This document shows, piece by piece, positions 1-8,578 of a stretch of 64,000 bases of DNA. Position 1 is the stretch's first letter. Every line of letters begins with the position of its first letter. The translations under genes were made by a program, and so were the position numbers. The notes beneath the pieces were generated by a model. The model was not told the DNA's origin, did no database searches, and saw only the letters and a program-made list of their open reading frames with translations. This DNA is from a virus. The DNA is taken from IMG/VR virus record IMGVR_UViG_3300023179_000012. The stretch is one strand, 5' to 3'.

Positions 1-387
1 AACAGCTACCTTTTTCTTTAAAAATACTCCTGTTTCTCTAAATGTTGTAACTAGCGCATCAATCGATGCTCCTACCAACACCATAAGAAACGATTTAACA
101 TACTTATGTATCATAGGCTCTAAAATATTTGGCACAACAGGGATATCGACCACTAAGAAAACACTATCATAAAACTTATTAAGAAGATCTAAAGCTAGAG
201 CTTTTTTATCTGGACCTTCTAAGTCTTTACCAATAATTTCTATTATTTGAATAACAGATGCTGTTGCTAATTGTAAAATCTTCCAAGCTTCTGATATAGC
301 GAATCTTTTAACTTCCTGAAGTTTTTCTTTTGTTTTTAGTATTAGTTTTTCTACTTCTAGTTTTATTAGTTCTTGGCTTGTTGTCAT
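1..387 (-). CDS. hypothetical protein, runs off the window start
   Basis: Not in ORF track; I read an open frame from ATG at 387 (MTTSQELIKLEVEK...AWKILQLATASVIQ) to base 1 with no stop. Confidence 0.75.
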   Translation of the reverse strand, partial: MTTSQELIKLEVEKLILKTKEKLQEVKRFAISEAWKILQLATASVIQIIEIIGKDLEGPDKKALALDLLNKFYDSVFLVVDIPVVPNILEPMIHKYVKSFLMVLVGASIDALVTTFRETGVFLKKKVAV

Positions 388-658
388 TTTTAACTTCTTC
401 CTTTGGTTCTTGAGGACTATTAACTTGACTATTCCACCATGATTGCTTAACAGATGATCTGCCTTTGATATATTTGTATAGAATGAAGATCTGTCCACTT
501 ATTAGTATACACGATTCTACCGCGTGGGAGACTATCTCTATAAGTTGATCTTTATTTTCACTCTCTTTAATTAATCCAGTTAAATATAGTCCACTAAAAA
601 TAAAACTAACTAGAGTAAACCAGAACTCACTAGTTTTATATCCGGCTTTCATTTTCAT
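308..658 (-). CDS. putative holin-like membrane protein
   Basis: GYKTSEFW followed by two hydrophobic segments; C-terminus overlaps next gene. Confidence 0.45.
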   Translation of the reverse strand: MKMKAGYKTSEFWFTLVSFIFSGLYLTGLIKESENKDQLIEIVSHAVESCILISGQIFILYKYIKGRSSVKQSWWNSQVNSPQEPKEEVKNDNKPRTNKTRSRKTNTKNKRKTSGS

Positions 659-691
659 AGTATTTTTTTAATAATTATGTTTAAATTTTAA

Positions 692-880
692 TTATTTACC
701 ATAATAGTATGATGGATCATCGAACCTGTTATCAAATTTAGATTGTATGTTACTAATTGTTGGAACATTACTTACATAAGTATTTATAGTAGAATACTGG
801 CCAGTTTTTGTACAGGATACTAATACTGTGCCATTCTTTACTACCACCCCACTAACAGCGGCTTGGATATCATTTGCCAT
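692..880 (-). CDS. hypothetical protein
   Basis: ORF tiling, GGAG RBS upstream. Confidence 0.65.
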   Translation of the reverse strand: MANDIQAAVSGVVVKNGTVLVSCTKTGQYSTINTYVSNVPTISNIQSKFDNRFDDPSYYYGK

Positions 881-890
881 GATTTACTCC

Positions 891-1214
891 TTATGTGTTT
901 CTTTCTATTCTTTCTTCTAATGCTTCTAATGTTTTACCGAGAGTTGCTATTTGCACTTTTAACTCATTCATAACTTCTATTACTTTTTGTAGAGTAACAG
1001 ATAGTGCTATTTGTGTTTCTTTATTAGTTGCTAATCTCTCCATAATAAATTGACGGTCTTGACAATATGGAGAATCATTATGAATCATTTTACTAATCTC
1101 TTCTTTAGTAACTACTTTGCGTCCAATACCTACCCAAAACCCTATTAGGGTAATTACTACGCCTATGCTAACAGAAGCAACAGATTGCCAAAAATTGACA
1201 ATAGATTCATTCAT
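891..1214 (-). CDS. membrane-anchored coiled-coil protein
   Basis: One TM helix plus C-terminal heptads; start MNESIV at 1214 preferred (GGAG RBS, promoter at 1253-1263). Confidence 0.6.
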   Translation of the reverse strand: MNESIVNFWQSVASVSIGVVITLIGFWVGIGRKVVTKEEISKMIHNDSPYCQDRQFIMERLATNKETQIALSVTLQKVIEVMNELKVQIATLGKTLEALEERIERNT

Positions 1215-1252
1215 AGAGTTAGCTCCACAAGTAAATAAAGATATAATCAATG

Positions 1253-1263
1253 TATTTATACAC
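1253..1263 (-). promoter_or_regulatory. putative late promoter GTGTATAAATA
   Basis: Motif recurs in intergenic positions upstream of several genes; contains T4-late-like TATAAATA. Confidence 0.55.
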
Positions 1264-1268
1264 TATTT

Positions 1269-1298
1269 AAAAAAATAAGCCATAGATCTCTCTATGGC
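1269..1298 (-). terminator. rho-independent terminator
   Basis: GCCATAGA-GAGA-TCTATGGC followed by TTATTTTTTT downstream of the 1333..1863 gene. Confidence 0.8.
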
Positions 1299-1332
1299 CT
1301 ATCTTTAGATAGCATTATAGTAGCTTATATTA

Positions 1333-1863
1333 TCAGCCACCTGTCTTAGCAGCATAATCTACTGATACTGGAACTGGTTGACCAAGCTTATATGTTAATT
1401 GGCCAGGAGCACTTCTGCTTGGTGTGGCTGCATAGTCACTAGCAAGACTATCAACAGCAACAACTGGAAAACCACTGTCAAATGCGCCAGTATATCTGTT
1501 GTACTTGTTCGCTCTAATAGCTGTGGTTAATCTACGAGTTCTTAAAACTTCAAGCTTATGAATACTTCTAATTTGACCGGGTACATCGGCGCCGCTTCTT
1601 AATACTGTGTTACTTACACCCGAAAGTGTTGTTGTTACTCTTAGAGCAATTGGACCAGGATTATTATAGGCAAAAGTACCAGCACTAAGAGCTTTGTCTG
1701 TATCTGTACCATTGATTGGAAAAGTTCCAATTGGACCCCCATTGGTATTACCGAGATGAATACTTTCTAGTACTGTTGATGAGCCACCATTAACGACAGA
1801 TCCACCATTATTATTGGTAGAAGTCGAAGTGACTGCTGACCCGCTTACTTGTTGAATGGCCAT
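1333..1863 (-). CDS. probable virion structural protein
   Basis: G/S/T/N/A-rich, AGGAG RBS, own late-type promoter and terminator. Confidence 0.5.
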   Translation of the reverse strand: MAIQQVSGSAVTSTSTNNNGGSVVNGGSSTVLESIHLGNTNGGPIGTFPINGTDTDKALSAGTFAYNNPGPIALRVTTTLSGVSNTVLRSGADVPGQIRSIHKLEVLRTRRLTTAIRANKYNRYTGAFDSGFPVVAVDSLASDYAATPSRSAPGQLTYKLGQPVPVSVDYAAKTGG

Positions 1864-1901
1864 AAATTCTTCTCCTGTGTAAATTGATCAATATACATTA
1901 A

Positions 1902-1911
1902 TACTATACAC
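1902..1911 (-). promoter_or_regulatory. putative late promoter GTGTATAGTA
   Basis: Recurrent motif, intergenic, ~40 nt upstream of start. Confidence 0.55.
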
Positions 1912-1958
1912 AGTAATTAGATTTTTTACAGAAATTACCAAATTAATTGGCCGTAATT

Positions 1959-2600
1959 TTATTTATGCTGAAAGTATGTTGTAATAGCATTAGTATTAGT
2001 AAATCTGATTGATTCTATTTTATTTTTTTTAAGCAGAGAAACGTGTTCTTTGGTCCAAATGTTGGCAGTAAAAATTGGTTGAATATTTGTTTTTTGTTTT
2101 AGTAAATTGTATGCTATGATATTATCATGAATATCATCAAGCATATGACCAGTAGAAACATAAATTGTACAAATGGACGCTTCTAAAAGCAGATTACAAG
2201 CCTTGATTAAAGACTGATGTGTGAATATTCTATATTCTAAATAATAATTTAATTGTACATTATGTTTTTGACAAATAGCAAGGTTATTAGAGATATCTAG
2301 TCTAAGTTTATCATATTTTTTATTGCTAAGATAATTATTTTGAAAAACAATATCTATTTTTTCAGCACCATTTTCAATAGCATTATTAATGGCGTCATTT
2401 CTAGTTTTAATATCAGACAAACCAAAAGGATAATCAATAGCATTAGCTATAATTTTATTACCAATTAGTGGCTTACACATTTTTGTATAATAAAATGGTA
2501 CAGACACCGCATCTATATTATTAGCAACCTTTTCGAGATTAGTCTTTATATCTAATTCCGAAAGATCTAAATCATAAATTGCATATTCAAAATATTTCAT
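1959..2600 (-). CDS. DeoC (deoxyribose-phosphate aldolase)-fold protein lacking catalytic lysines
   Basis: IDYPFG, AIENGAEKIDIV and STG motifs match DeoC; the KTSTG lysine is replaced (YVSTG). Confidence 0.7.
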   Translation of the reverse strand: MKYFEYAIYDLDLSELDIKTNLEKVANNIDAVSVPFYYTKMCKPLIGNKIIANAIDYPFGLSDIKTRNDAINNAIENGAEKIDIVFQNNYLSNKKYDKLRLDISNNLAICQKHNVQLNYYLEYRIFTHQSLIKACNLLLEASICTIYVSTGHMLDDIHDNIIAYNLLKQKTNIQPIFTANIWTKEHVSLLKKNKIESIRFTNTNAITTYFQHK

Positions 2601-3271
2601 AATTTTTTACTAAGATTTTGTAATGATTCTATACTTGGAAATCTCTTACTACCAAGTACACCGTCAGCAAAATTATAGTTGACTGCTTCTTGTGCAGTTA
2701 ATATCCAATCGCATTTATTTGCCAATTGAGATATAATATGTTTTTTGGCTATCATTCTCTTCAAATTTTTTGATTTTGCCAGATCGCTTGAGATATATTT
2801 ATCTGTAAAAATATCAATCATTTTCTCGCTCTCTTTTTCACTCCATTGAACCCAACTCAATGCTGCTTTATGATCATTATCCACACTAATAGAGCCATAA
2901 TGAATTAGAACATGGGTATTCGGCATTAAGACTCTAACATCAGCAGCCTGTAAAATAACACTACTAGCAGACTCGACGCTACCATATGCTAGAATAATAA
3001 TTTTTGATTTTGATAATCTTATAGTATCATAAATACCCATTCCGTCGCTCCACACACCACCGGGAAGGTGCATATGCACAAGAATAGGTTCTATAGAAAT
3101 AGAATTTAAATATCTGATATTTTTTTCAAACATAATTGCTGATCGATACTCTACGCCCTGTTCGTCTTCGGCATCAAAATAAGAATGTAAAAATATTTCT
3201 CTATTTTTGATATCAATATTATATTGATGAATATTAAATAAATCAGTATCGACTGATATTTTTTGAGTCAT
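2597..3271 (-). CDS. clpP: ClpP-family protease
   Basis: HLPGG...GMGIYD, ESASS (catalytic Ser), VLIH, DWILTAQEA. Confidence 0.9.
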   Translation of the reverse strand: MTQKISVDTDLFNIHQYNIDIKNREIFLHSYFDAEDEQGVEYRSAIMFEKNIRYLNSISIEPILVHMHLPGGVWSDGMGIYDTIRLSKSKIIILAYGSVESASSVILQAADVRVLMPNTHVLIHYGSISVDNDHKAALSWVQWSEKESEKMIDIFTDKYISSDLAKSKNLKRMIAKKHIISQLANKCDWILTAQEAVNYNFADGVLGSKRFPSIESLQNLSKKL

Positions 3272-3275
3272 ATAA

Positions 3276-3728
3276 TTAGATTATGCTTTCTTTAATTAAA
3301 AAGTTATAGATAGAATCATTCACATCTCTTAACACCACAGAATCTTTAAATGCTTTTCCAACAGAAACTCTGAATCGATATCTAGTAAAAATATCCAGGG
3401 TCTCTACTCCATCAACATTCTCTATAATATTAGCTATGGGCGCTGATATTGTAAATGTAGTATGTCCTGTCCAAAAATTAAAAATTTTGCTTGAAACAGT
3501 ATTTTCTGTTAATGGTATTAAACCTAGTGGTGTTAAAGCAAACTGATCCTTAATCTTTTTAACAAATACGCTTGGTTCTTCATCTTCCTGAATATCTTCG
3601 TCCTCAATATTATCTGTATGGTTTAAATTTTCTTCTGAGAATTTTTCTTCAATATCATCATAACCCAAAGGATCTCGCCATTTCTCCCATACTATTATTT
3701 GTGATTTATCCATTTTTATATTTGGCAA
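3276..3728 (-). CDS. hypothetical protein
   Basis: ORF tiling. Confidence 0.7.
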   Translation of the reverse strand: MPNIKMDKSQIIVWEKWRDPLGYDDIEEKFSEENLNHTDNIEDEDIQEDEEPSVFVKKIKDQFALTPLGLIPLTENTVSSKIFNFWTGHTTFTISAPIANIIENVDGVETLDIFTRYRFRVSVGKAFKDSVVLRDVNDSIYNFLIKESII

Positions 3729-4155
3729 ATACCTGAGATGGTTTAATAACTGCCGCAGAATTTGAAATCGTATTGGGCTTATCTTTATCTTTGGATGTTT
3801 TCATTAGAAAATGAAGATTAAAAATTCTATTTAGTAAACTTTCATTATGGGGTTGTTTTATCTGATTAACAAGAATATCAAGGATTTGATCTTCAAGTTT
3901 ACCACTTGTTATTATATAGAAAAACTCAGACACAACAAGAGCATATTCTATTTCTGTTATATTCTTATTTTTTAAAATATCATCAAAAAATACTTGAATT
4001 TCGATCTCATAATTTTTATTCAACGATATCAACACGTCTGCAAAAGAATCTTTATTAGAAGCTAGATCTTTATTTAAAACGGTCTGTTTATTATAGGGTT
4101 TGGTAGGATTATTTTTTGAAAATAAAAGACCTTTTAAAAAATTTATGATCTTCAT
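3706..4155 (-). CDS. hypothetical protein
   Basis: ORF tiling. Confidence 0.7.
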   Translation of the reverse strand: MKIINFLKGLLFSKNNPTKPYNKQTVLNKDLASNKDSFADVLISLNKNYEIEIQVFFDDILKNKNITEIEYALVVSEFFYIITSGKLEDQILDILVNQIKQPHNESLLNRIFNLHFLMKTSKDKDKPNTISNSAAVIKPSQVFAKYKNG

Positions 4156-4595
4156 ATAATCATCTTGTCTAGAATATACTGAACCAATCTTGAGTGATCC
4201 GTCATAGTTTGTAAGAAATCTGGTGCGGAAGGTTTGTCTAGTTCAACCCAGTAAAATTGATTTGATGGTAATTTTTGGTGAAGTATAATGCCGCATAATA
4301 GAACTATGTCGCTATCTGTATCAAAGTTATATAGTTCTTTTTCATTGGTAACAATATTCATCAAGAGATAGTTTTGAATATCCATAAAAGATATGATAAT
4401 CTCTTCATAAAATTTAATAGCATCATTGGCAAATAAGTTTTTGATATACAACCTAATCTCATTATATAAAAACTTTGGGGTTTCTATCTTAGAAAAGGGC
4501 AATTTAATTTTATTTTTTTCTGATGACGCTATATAAACTTTATTGTTTTGATTATCCGCAGACAATATAGCGTAGCAGCAAACGATATTGCTCAT
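4152..4595 (-). CDS. hypothetical protein
   Basis: ORF tiling, 4-nt overlaps with neighbours. Confidence 0.7.
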   Translation of the reverse strand: MSNIVCCYAILSADNQNNKVYIASSEKNKIKLPFSKIETPKFLYNEIRLYIKNLFANDAIKFYEEIIISFMDIQNYLLMNIVTNEKELYNFDTDSDIVLLCGIILHQKLPSNQFYWVELDKPSAPDFLQTMTDHSRLVQYILDKMII

Positions 4596-5236
4596 AATAG
4601 CTCTCTAATTTTTTGCAGAGAATTCTTGATGCTTTGTCTTATAGCCTCTCTGGTAACTCCGTGCAAATTACCAATTTTTTCCAGAGTTAAATTCTCAAAG
4701 AAGTATAAACGTATATATTCTTTTTGCTTATCAGACAATAAATCAGAGGACAGAATATTTTTAATTAACTCTTTAATATTATTGTTGTCCTCATTATCAG
4801 CTAAAATATCCGCAGGATCTTTTTGTCTTGTATCCGCTAATATGTCTCCAATTTCCAGACCCTCATCCATGTTAAGATGATTTAGTGAATATTGACAGTC
4901 TTTCTTTTTCTTACTATGTTTGGTTTTGTAGTTCTTAGTTACATAAGTTTTGATTGCCCAAATTCCGCATTGGTTTCGGTAAGAGTAAAGAGATTTATTT
5001 CTAATATCATCAGAGGAATTATCTCTCCATCTCCAATCCCCCATCATAATAGCGTTTGCTACAAAGGCTATAGCGTCCTCATTATGGAGCATGGTTTTAG
5101 AGAAGTTTCCTGCAAATTTAGAACCCATCTTTGCTATAATCTTTTGTGCAAGTGTTAGATAAAAATCTAGCGACTCAAAATTAACAGTCTTATGGTCTTT
5201 ATAAGATATCTTTGGTTTACCTATTGATGGTATCAT
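4592..5236 (-). CDS. RNA polymerase sigma70-family sigma factor
   Basis: Region-4 HTH LSDKQKEYIRLYFFENLTLEKIGNLHGVTREAIRQ; region-2-like EDAIA...KSLYSY. Confidence 0.85.
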   Translation of the reverse strand: MIPSIGKPKISYKDHKTVNFESLDFYLTLAQKIIAKMGSKFAGNFSKTMLHNEDAIAFVANAIMMGDWRWRDNSSDDIRNKSLYSYRNQCGIWAIKTYVTKNYKTKHSKKKKDCQYSLNHLNMDEGLEIGDILADTRQKDPADILADNEDNNNIKELIKNILSSDLLSDKQKEYIRLYFFENLTLEKIGNLHGVTREAIRQSIKNSLQKIRELL

Positions 5237-5289
5237 TATTTTCCTTTGTTTAAAGTCCTAAAATCCAATTCGTCTAATTATCTAATCAA

Positions 5290-6264
5290 TTATTTTGTAA
5301 GATTGTTCCACTGACCCGGATCTGGTCTATCTTTATCTCCAGGCTTTGCTGGCTTATATGTTTTACCCATTCTTTCTTTTTTCTTACGAATGTTATCCCA
5401 AAGCCCAGGTTTGTCTCCAGATTTTGCTGGAACCGCTGGGGCTGTTGGTCCCGCAGGTGGTGGTGATGGTTCTTGAGTTGTCATTGGAGGAGCAAACGGT
5501 GGCATCTTCTTTTTTTTCTTGTCTTTGGCTTCGCTAGACATATCATCGTCTTCTGATGGTACAAACATTACAAAATTGTGAACGGTGATCATATAATCCT
5601 CTGTTACGGCGATTTTACCCTGTAACCAACTTTCTGTCAAATTTTCTTTTACTGATTCTTGATCTAACGCATTCAATATATTTTGTGCGTGTATCATAAT
5701 AGATTTAATCGATCCAACGCTCATCTCATAAAAGTCGTTTTTATATTCCATCATTTCTTGTTCGATGGATTCTTTTTCCATTTTATCTACTTGTGTAAAA
5801 TCTTGCCCTTTAGATTTTTTGATTTGCATTAGTTTTTGTTTAAGTAATTCTAATTCAATTTCTTTTTCTAGTTTTTCTATTTCCATTTCTAGTGCATCTT
5901 CTTGTTCATCTTCCATTTCCATATCATACGCATCATCTTCTTCATAATTGTAAGCTTTGGCCGTTTTAATTCCAAGTTTTTCTTTGGTGGCTTTAGGTAG
6001 TGCTGCAACGAATTCTGGTCCTTTTCTTTTAGCCATATTGTATAGTTTCTTTAGAAAAGTATCATAACTCATTTGGCCTTTCATGCGTCCAAAATTACTT
6101 ATAGCATCTGGAATATCAACTGGACTAACGATAGGGAATGAGCGAGTTTCTGGAAATAAGAAATCGCTATCTTTGAGATCGCTGCGCTTAATGCCTTTGT
6201 ATGTCTTTTGGGCAGCATCAACCGATTCTTTAATACCATTTAAAATATCGTTAAATCTTGTCAT
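5290..6264 (-). CDS. modular phage protein, probably head-associated
   Basis: Short modules (FLFPETRSFPI; SWLQGKIAVTEDY; KPGLWDNIRKKKERMG) separated by acidic or Pro-rich linkers. Confidence 0.55.
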   Translation of the reverse strand: MTRFNDILNGIKESVDAAQKTYKGIKRSDLKDSDFLFPETRSFPIVSPVDIPDAISNFGRMKGQMSYDTFLKKLYNMAKRKGPEFVAALPKATKEKLGIKTAKAYNYEEDDAYDMEMEDEQEDALEMEIEKLEKEIELELLKQKLMQIKKSKGQDFTQVDKMEKESIEQEMMEYKNDFYEMSVGSIKSIMIHAQNILNALDQESVKENLTESWLQGKIAVTEDYMITVHNFVMFVPSEDDDMSSEAKDKKKKKMPPFAPPMTTQEPSPPPAGPTAPAVPAKSGDKPGLWDNIRKKKERMGKTYKPAKPGDKDRPDPGQWNNLTK

Positions 6265-6913
6265 TATAATATTCCTTTAGTTTTTGGTTGAGCTTATTAA
6301 ATACCAATTTGGTAAATTGTAGTGAAGCTTTGTTATCAGAAGGATAATGAGCACCCTGCATTACCCTGGCTCTTGCTGTTTCTAACACAATATTATCCAA
6401 TTCTTTTTGATCAATTTCTGGATATAGATTTTTTAATATACTAGCCACTAAACTACTATACACCGTATGTCCAGAAGGATAGGATGGTGTGTGAATAGTA
6501 TCAGTAATTATTAGATCAATTTTTATATTATAGAATTTGGCCAACTGTATTGGTCTTGGTCTATTCCAAAAGCCTTTGGTGTTCAATATTAATGGACGCA
6601 CTACATCATAAAAAAGATCTATATAATTTTGTGGATATCTTATTTTATATTTTTGTAATAAAAGTATAAATGGCGTATCTAAATCTTTATCAATATTATA
6701 TATTAATTCAATATCTTTTTTGGATCTATTTTTTGTAGCCTGAGCCACTAATTTCAGTTCTTTTATTGTTGCAGTATCGTCATTTTTGGGTGGCGCAGAT
6801 AAAATTTGTTTATAGTCAAAATCTATTAGGGTGGAGACAGGTTTCTCTAAGAAAAGGGTATCGTATCCTAGATTATTTATCTTTTTATCTAATAGCAATT
6901 GGTTTAAATTCAT
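6251..6913 (-). CDS. PAP2-family acid phosphatase
   Basis: KxxxxxxRP, PSGH and RxxxxxHxxxD motifs intact. Confidence 0.9.
   Translation of the reverse strand: MNLNQLLLDKKINNLGYDTLFLEKPVSTLIDFDYKQILSAPPKNDDTATIKELKLVAQATKNRSKKDIELIYNIDKDLDTPFILLLQKYKIRYPQNYIDLFYDVVRPLILNTKGFWNRPRPIQLAKFYNIKIDLIITDTIHTPSYPSGHTVYSSLVASILKNLYPEIDQKELDNIVLETARARVMQGAHYPSDNKASLQFTKLVFNKLNQKLKEYYNDKI
6454..6464 (-). promoter_or_regulatory. possible internal late promoter GGTGTATAGTA
   Basis: Perfect motif match but inside coding sequence, ~190 nt upstream of the 6264 start. Confidence 0.3.
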
Positions 6914-6922
6914 TGTTTTAGT

Positions 6923-7354
6923 CTAGTCCATCAATGGGCCGTCAACAATCCAAGCATCACACGTTCTTTCCCCAGCACACTTAAAATCAAATAATTCACA
7001 ATAGCCAAGATTAGCTTTTGCAACAATTTCTTTAGCGAGATCTTCTTCTTTAATAGATGTTGAAGCTATGCCCTTTTCAATACATTGTCTCATTTTTTCT
7101 TTAATAACAAAAGCTGCACAATTACCACATCTCATAGTTTTAGCTTTTTCTATAGATGTTTTAAATAGATCAGCTTTTTGTTGCCAAAATTTTTCGTTAT
7201 CTAAATCTGGATTAGCAGGACCATAGTTGGCCTTATCTACACAAATTTTTCTATTAGCTAAATTTAAACCTATATCTTGTGTCGCTGGAGGACACTCTAC
7301 ATTGGTCTGTACTTGTTCTAATAATTCATCTGCTCGTGATTTAAACATTATCAA
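6923..7354 (-). CDS. Cys-rich hypothetical protein
   Basis: RCGNC...GYC...KC...TCDAW. Confidence 0.7.
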   Translation of the reverse strand: MIMFKSRADELLEQVQTNVECPPATQDIGLNLANRKICVDKANYGPANPDLDNEKFWQQKADLFKTSIEKAKTMRCGNCAAFVIKEKMRQCIEKGIASTSIKEEDLAKEIVAKANLGYCELFDFKCAGERTCDAWIVDGPLMD

Positions 7355-7887
7355 ACCTGTAATGTTAGGAAGTTATCAATACCCATTTCTTCGATTAACT
7401 TTAAAAATCCTTCATAAAGTTCAATACCGTCTTCACTACCTTGTAATAATTCAATAAGCATATTTGCAGTAATTTCATCTCCAACTGCTCTGGCAGCAAC
7501 AATGGTGGCTCTTTCAACAGCAGATGCTTGACGAACACTATCAAGATTATACTGAATCATAGCAACCATATCATGTCTTTTCCAGACAGGAGGACTTACT
7601 ATTAATGGTTGGTAGTCAGCATCAAAAAATTCTAATCTTTTAATATTAATTGCAGCGTGTGTTTGTTCTTGGATAGAATCTTCCTTAATAATTGCTGCTA
7701 ATTTTTTATAACCCCATCTTTGAAGATGTTCAGCTTGGGCAGTTAAGGATGTTGTTTGTTGCCAGTGTATGTTAAGGGATTGTTTTAGTAATTCAATTAC
7801 TGTATTACTTGAATAACCTTCTACATTTTGTGCTTTGCTTTGCATTTTATCCTCTTGTTTTTTTAGTAGTTCATTAATATCTGGCAT
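7351..7887 (-). CDS. bacterioferritin-fold protein with degenerate ferroxidase centre
   Basis: WGYKKLA, EQTHA and IKRLEFFD align to Bfr helices; ~23-aa N-terminal extension. Confidence 0.75.
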   Translation of the reverse strand: MPDINELLKKQEDKMQSKAQNVEGYSSNTVIELLKQSLNIHWQQTTSLTAQAEHLQRWGYKKLAAIIKEDSIQEQTHAAINIKRLEFFDADYQPLIVSPPVWKRHDMVAMIQYNLDSVRQASAVERATIVAARAVGDEITANMLIELLQGSEDGIELYEGFLKLIEEMGIDNFLTLQV

Positions 7888-7899
7888 TATATTTTCTCC

Positions 7900-8574
7900 T
7901 TACCATGCTTTGCATGACCAGTAACGAGCCTTCCATCTTGGACCCGGATCAGTATCACAATGATGTCTGGCTCTAAAACTTTTACGACGCTCAGGAATAT
8001 TTTTTTTGATTTTCATATTTGGATCACCAAAACGAACAATCACAACATTACCACTCTCATTTTTTGTATAGACCGCAAATTTTTTTGGTCCATTTGATGT
8101 TCTGAATGGTTTATTTAAGGTAACTTTTCTACCTTGATACTCTTCTGCTTTACCCATAAAAACTAGTGGTTTACCATCTTTATTGGTATAAATATTTTTC
8201 ATATCATAATAAAATATTTCGCCAGTTCTTGGATCTTTATACATATAACTGGCCAATACAAAATCAGACACATCATATTCTTCCGTGGCTTCCCCAAAAT
8301 CAATATAATCTTCTGGTTTTGGGATAACTAGATTATCAGGAGATAATGTTTCTTCATAGCCAAGACAATCAACACAATTGCCGTATCCAAAAGTATAGGA
8401 CAAAACCCCAATAACACTTTCCAATAGTGTTCCTTTGGTTTTGCGGGTTTGGCCCAAACAAACAGCAATTCTTTGTTTATTATCTGGAAAATCTTTCTTC
8501 ATAACCTCGTCGCCCATGCAGCGAGATACGAAAGTATTATTGTCTTCGCCCTTTTTTCTTGATGGTATTGGCAT
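7900..8574 (-). CDS. modular phage protein with DUF6321-like C-terminal domain
   Basis: EYQGRKVTLNKPFR...KKFAVY...RFGDPNM...RKSFRARH...YWSC. Confidence 0.6.
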   Translation of the reverse strand: MPIPSRKKGEDNNTFVSRCMGDEVMKKDFPDNKQRIAVCLGQTRKTKGTLLESVIGVLSYTFGYGNCVDCLGYEETLSPDNLVIPKPEDYIDFGEATEEYDVSDFVLASYMYKDPRTGEIFYYDMKNIYTNKDGKPLVFMGKAEEYQGRKVTLNKPFRTSNGPKKFAVYTKNESGNVVIVRFGDPNMKIKKNIPERRKSFRARHHCDTDPGPRWKARYWSCKAW

Positions 8575-8578
8575 TATT

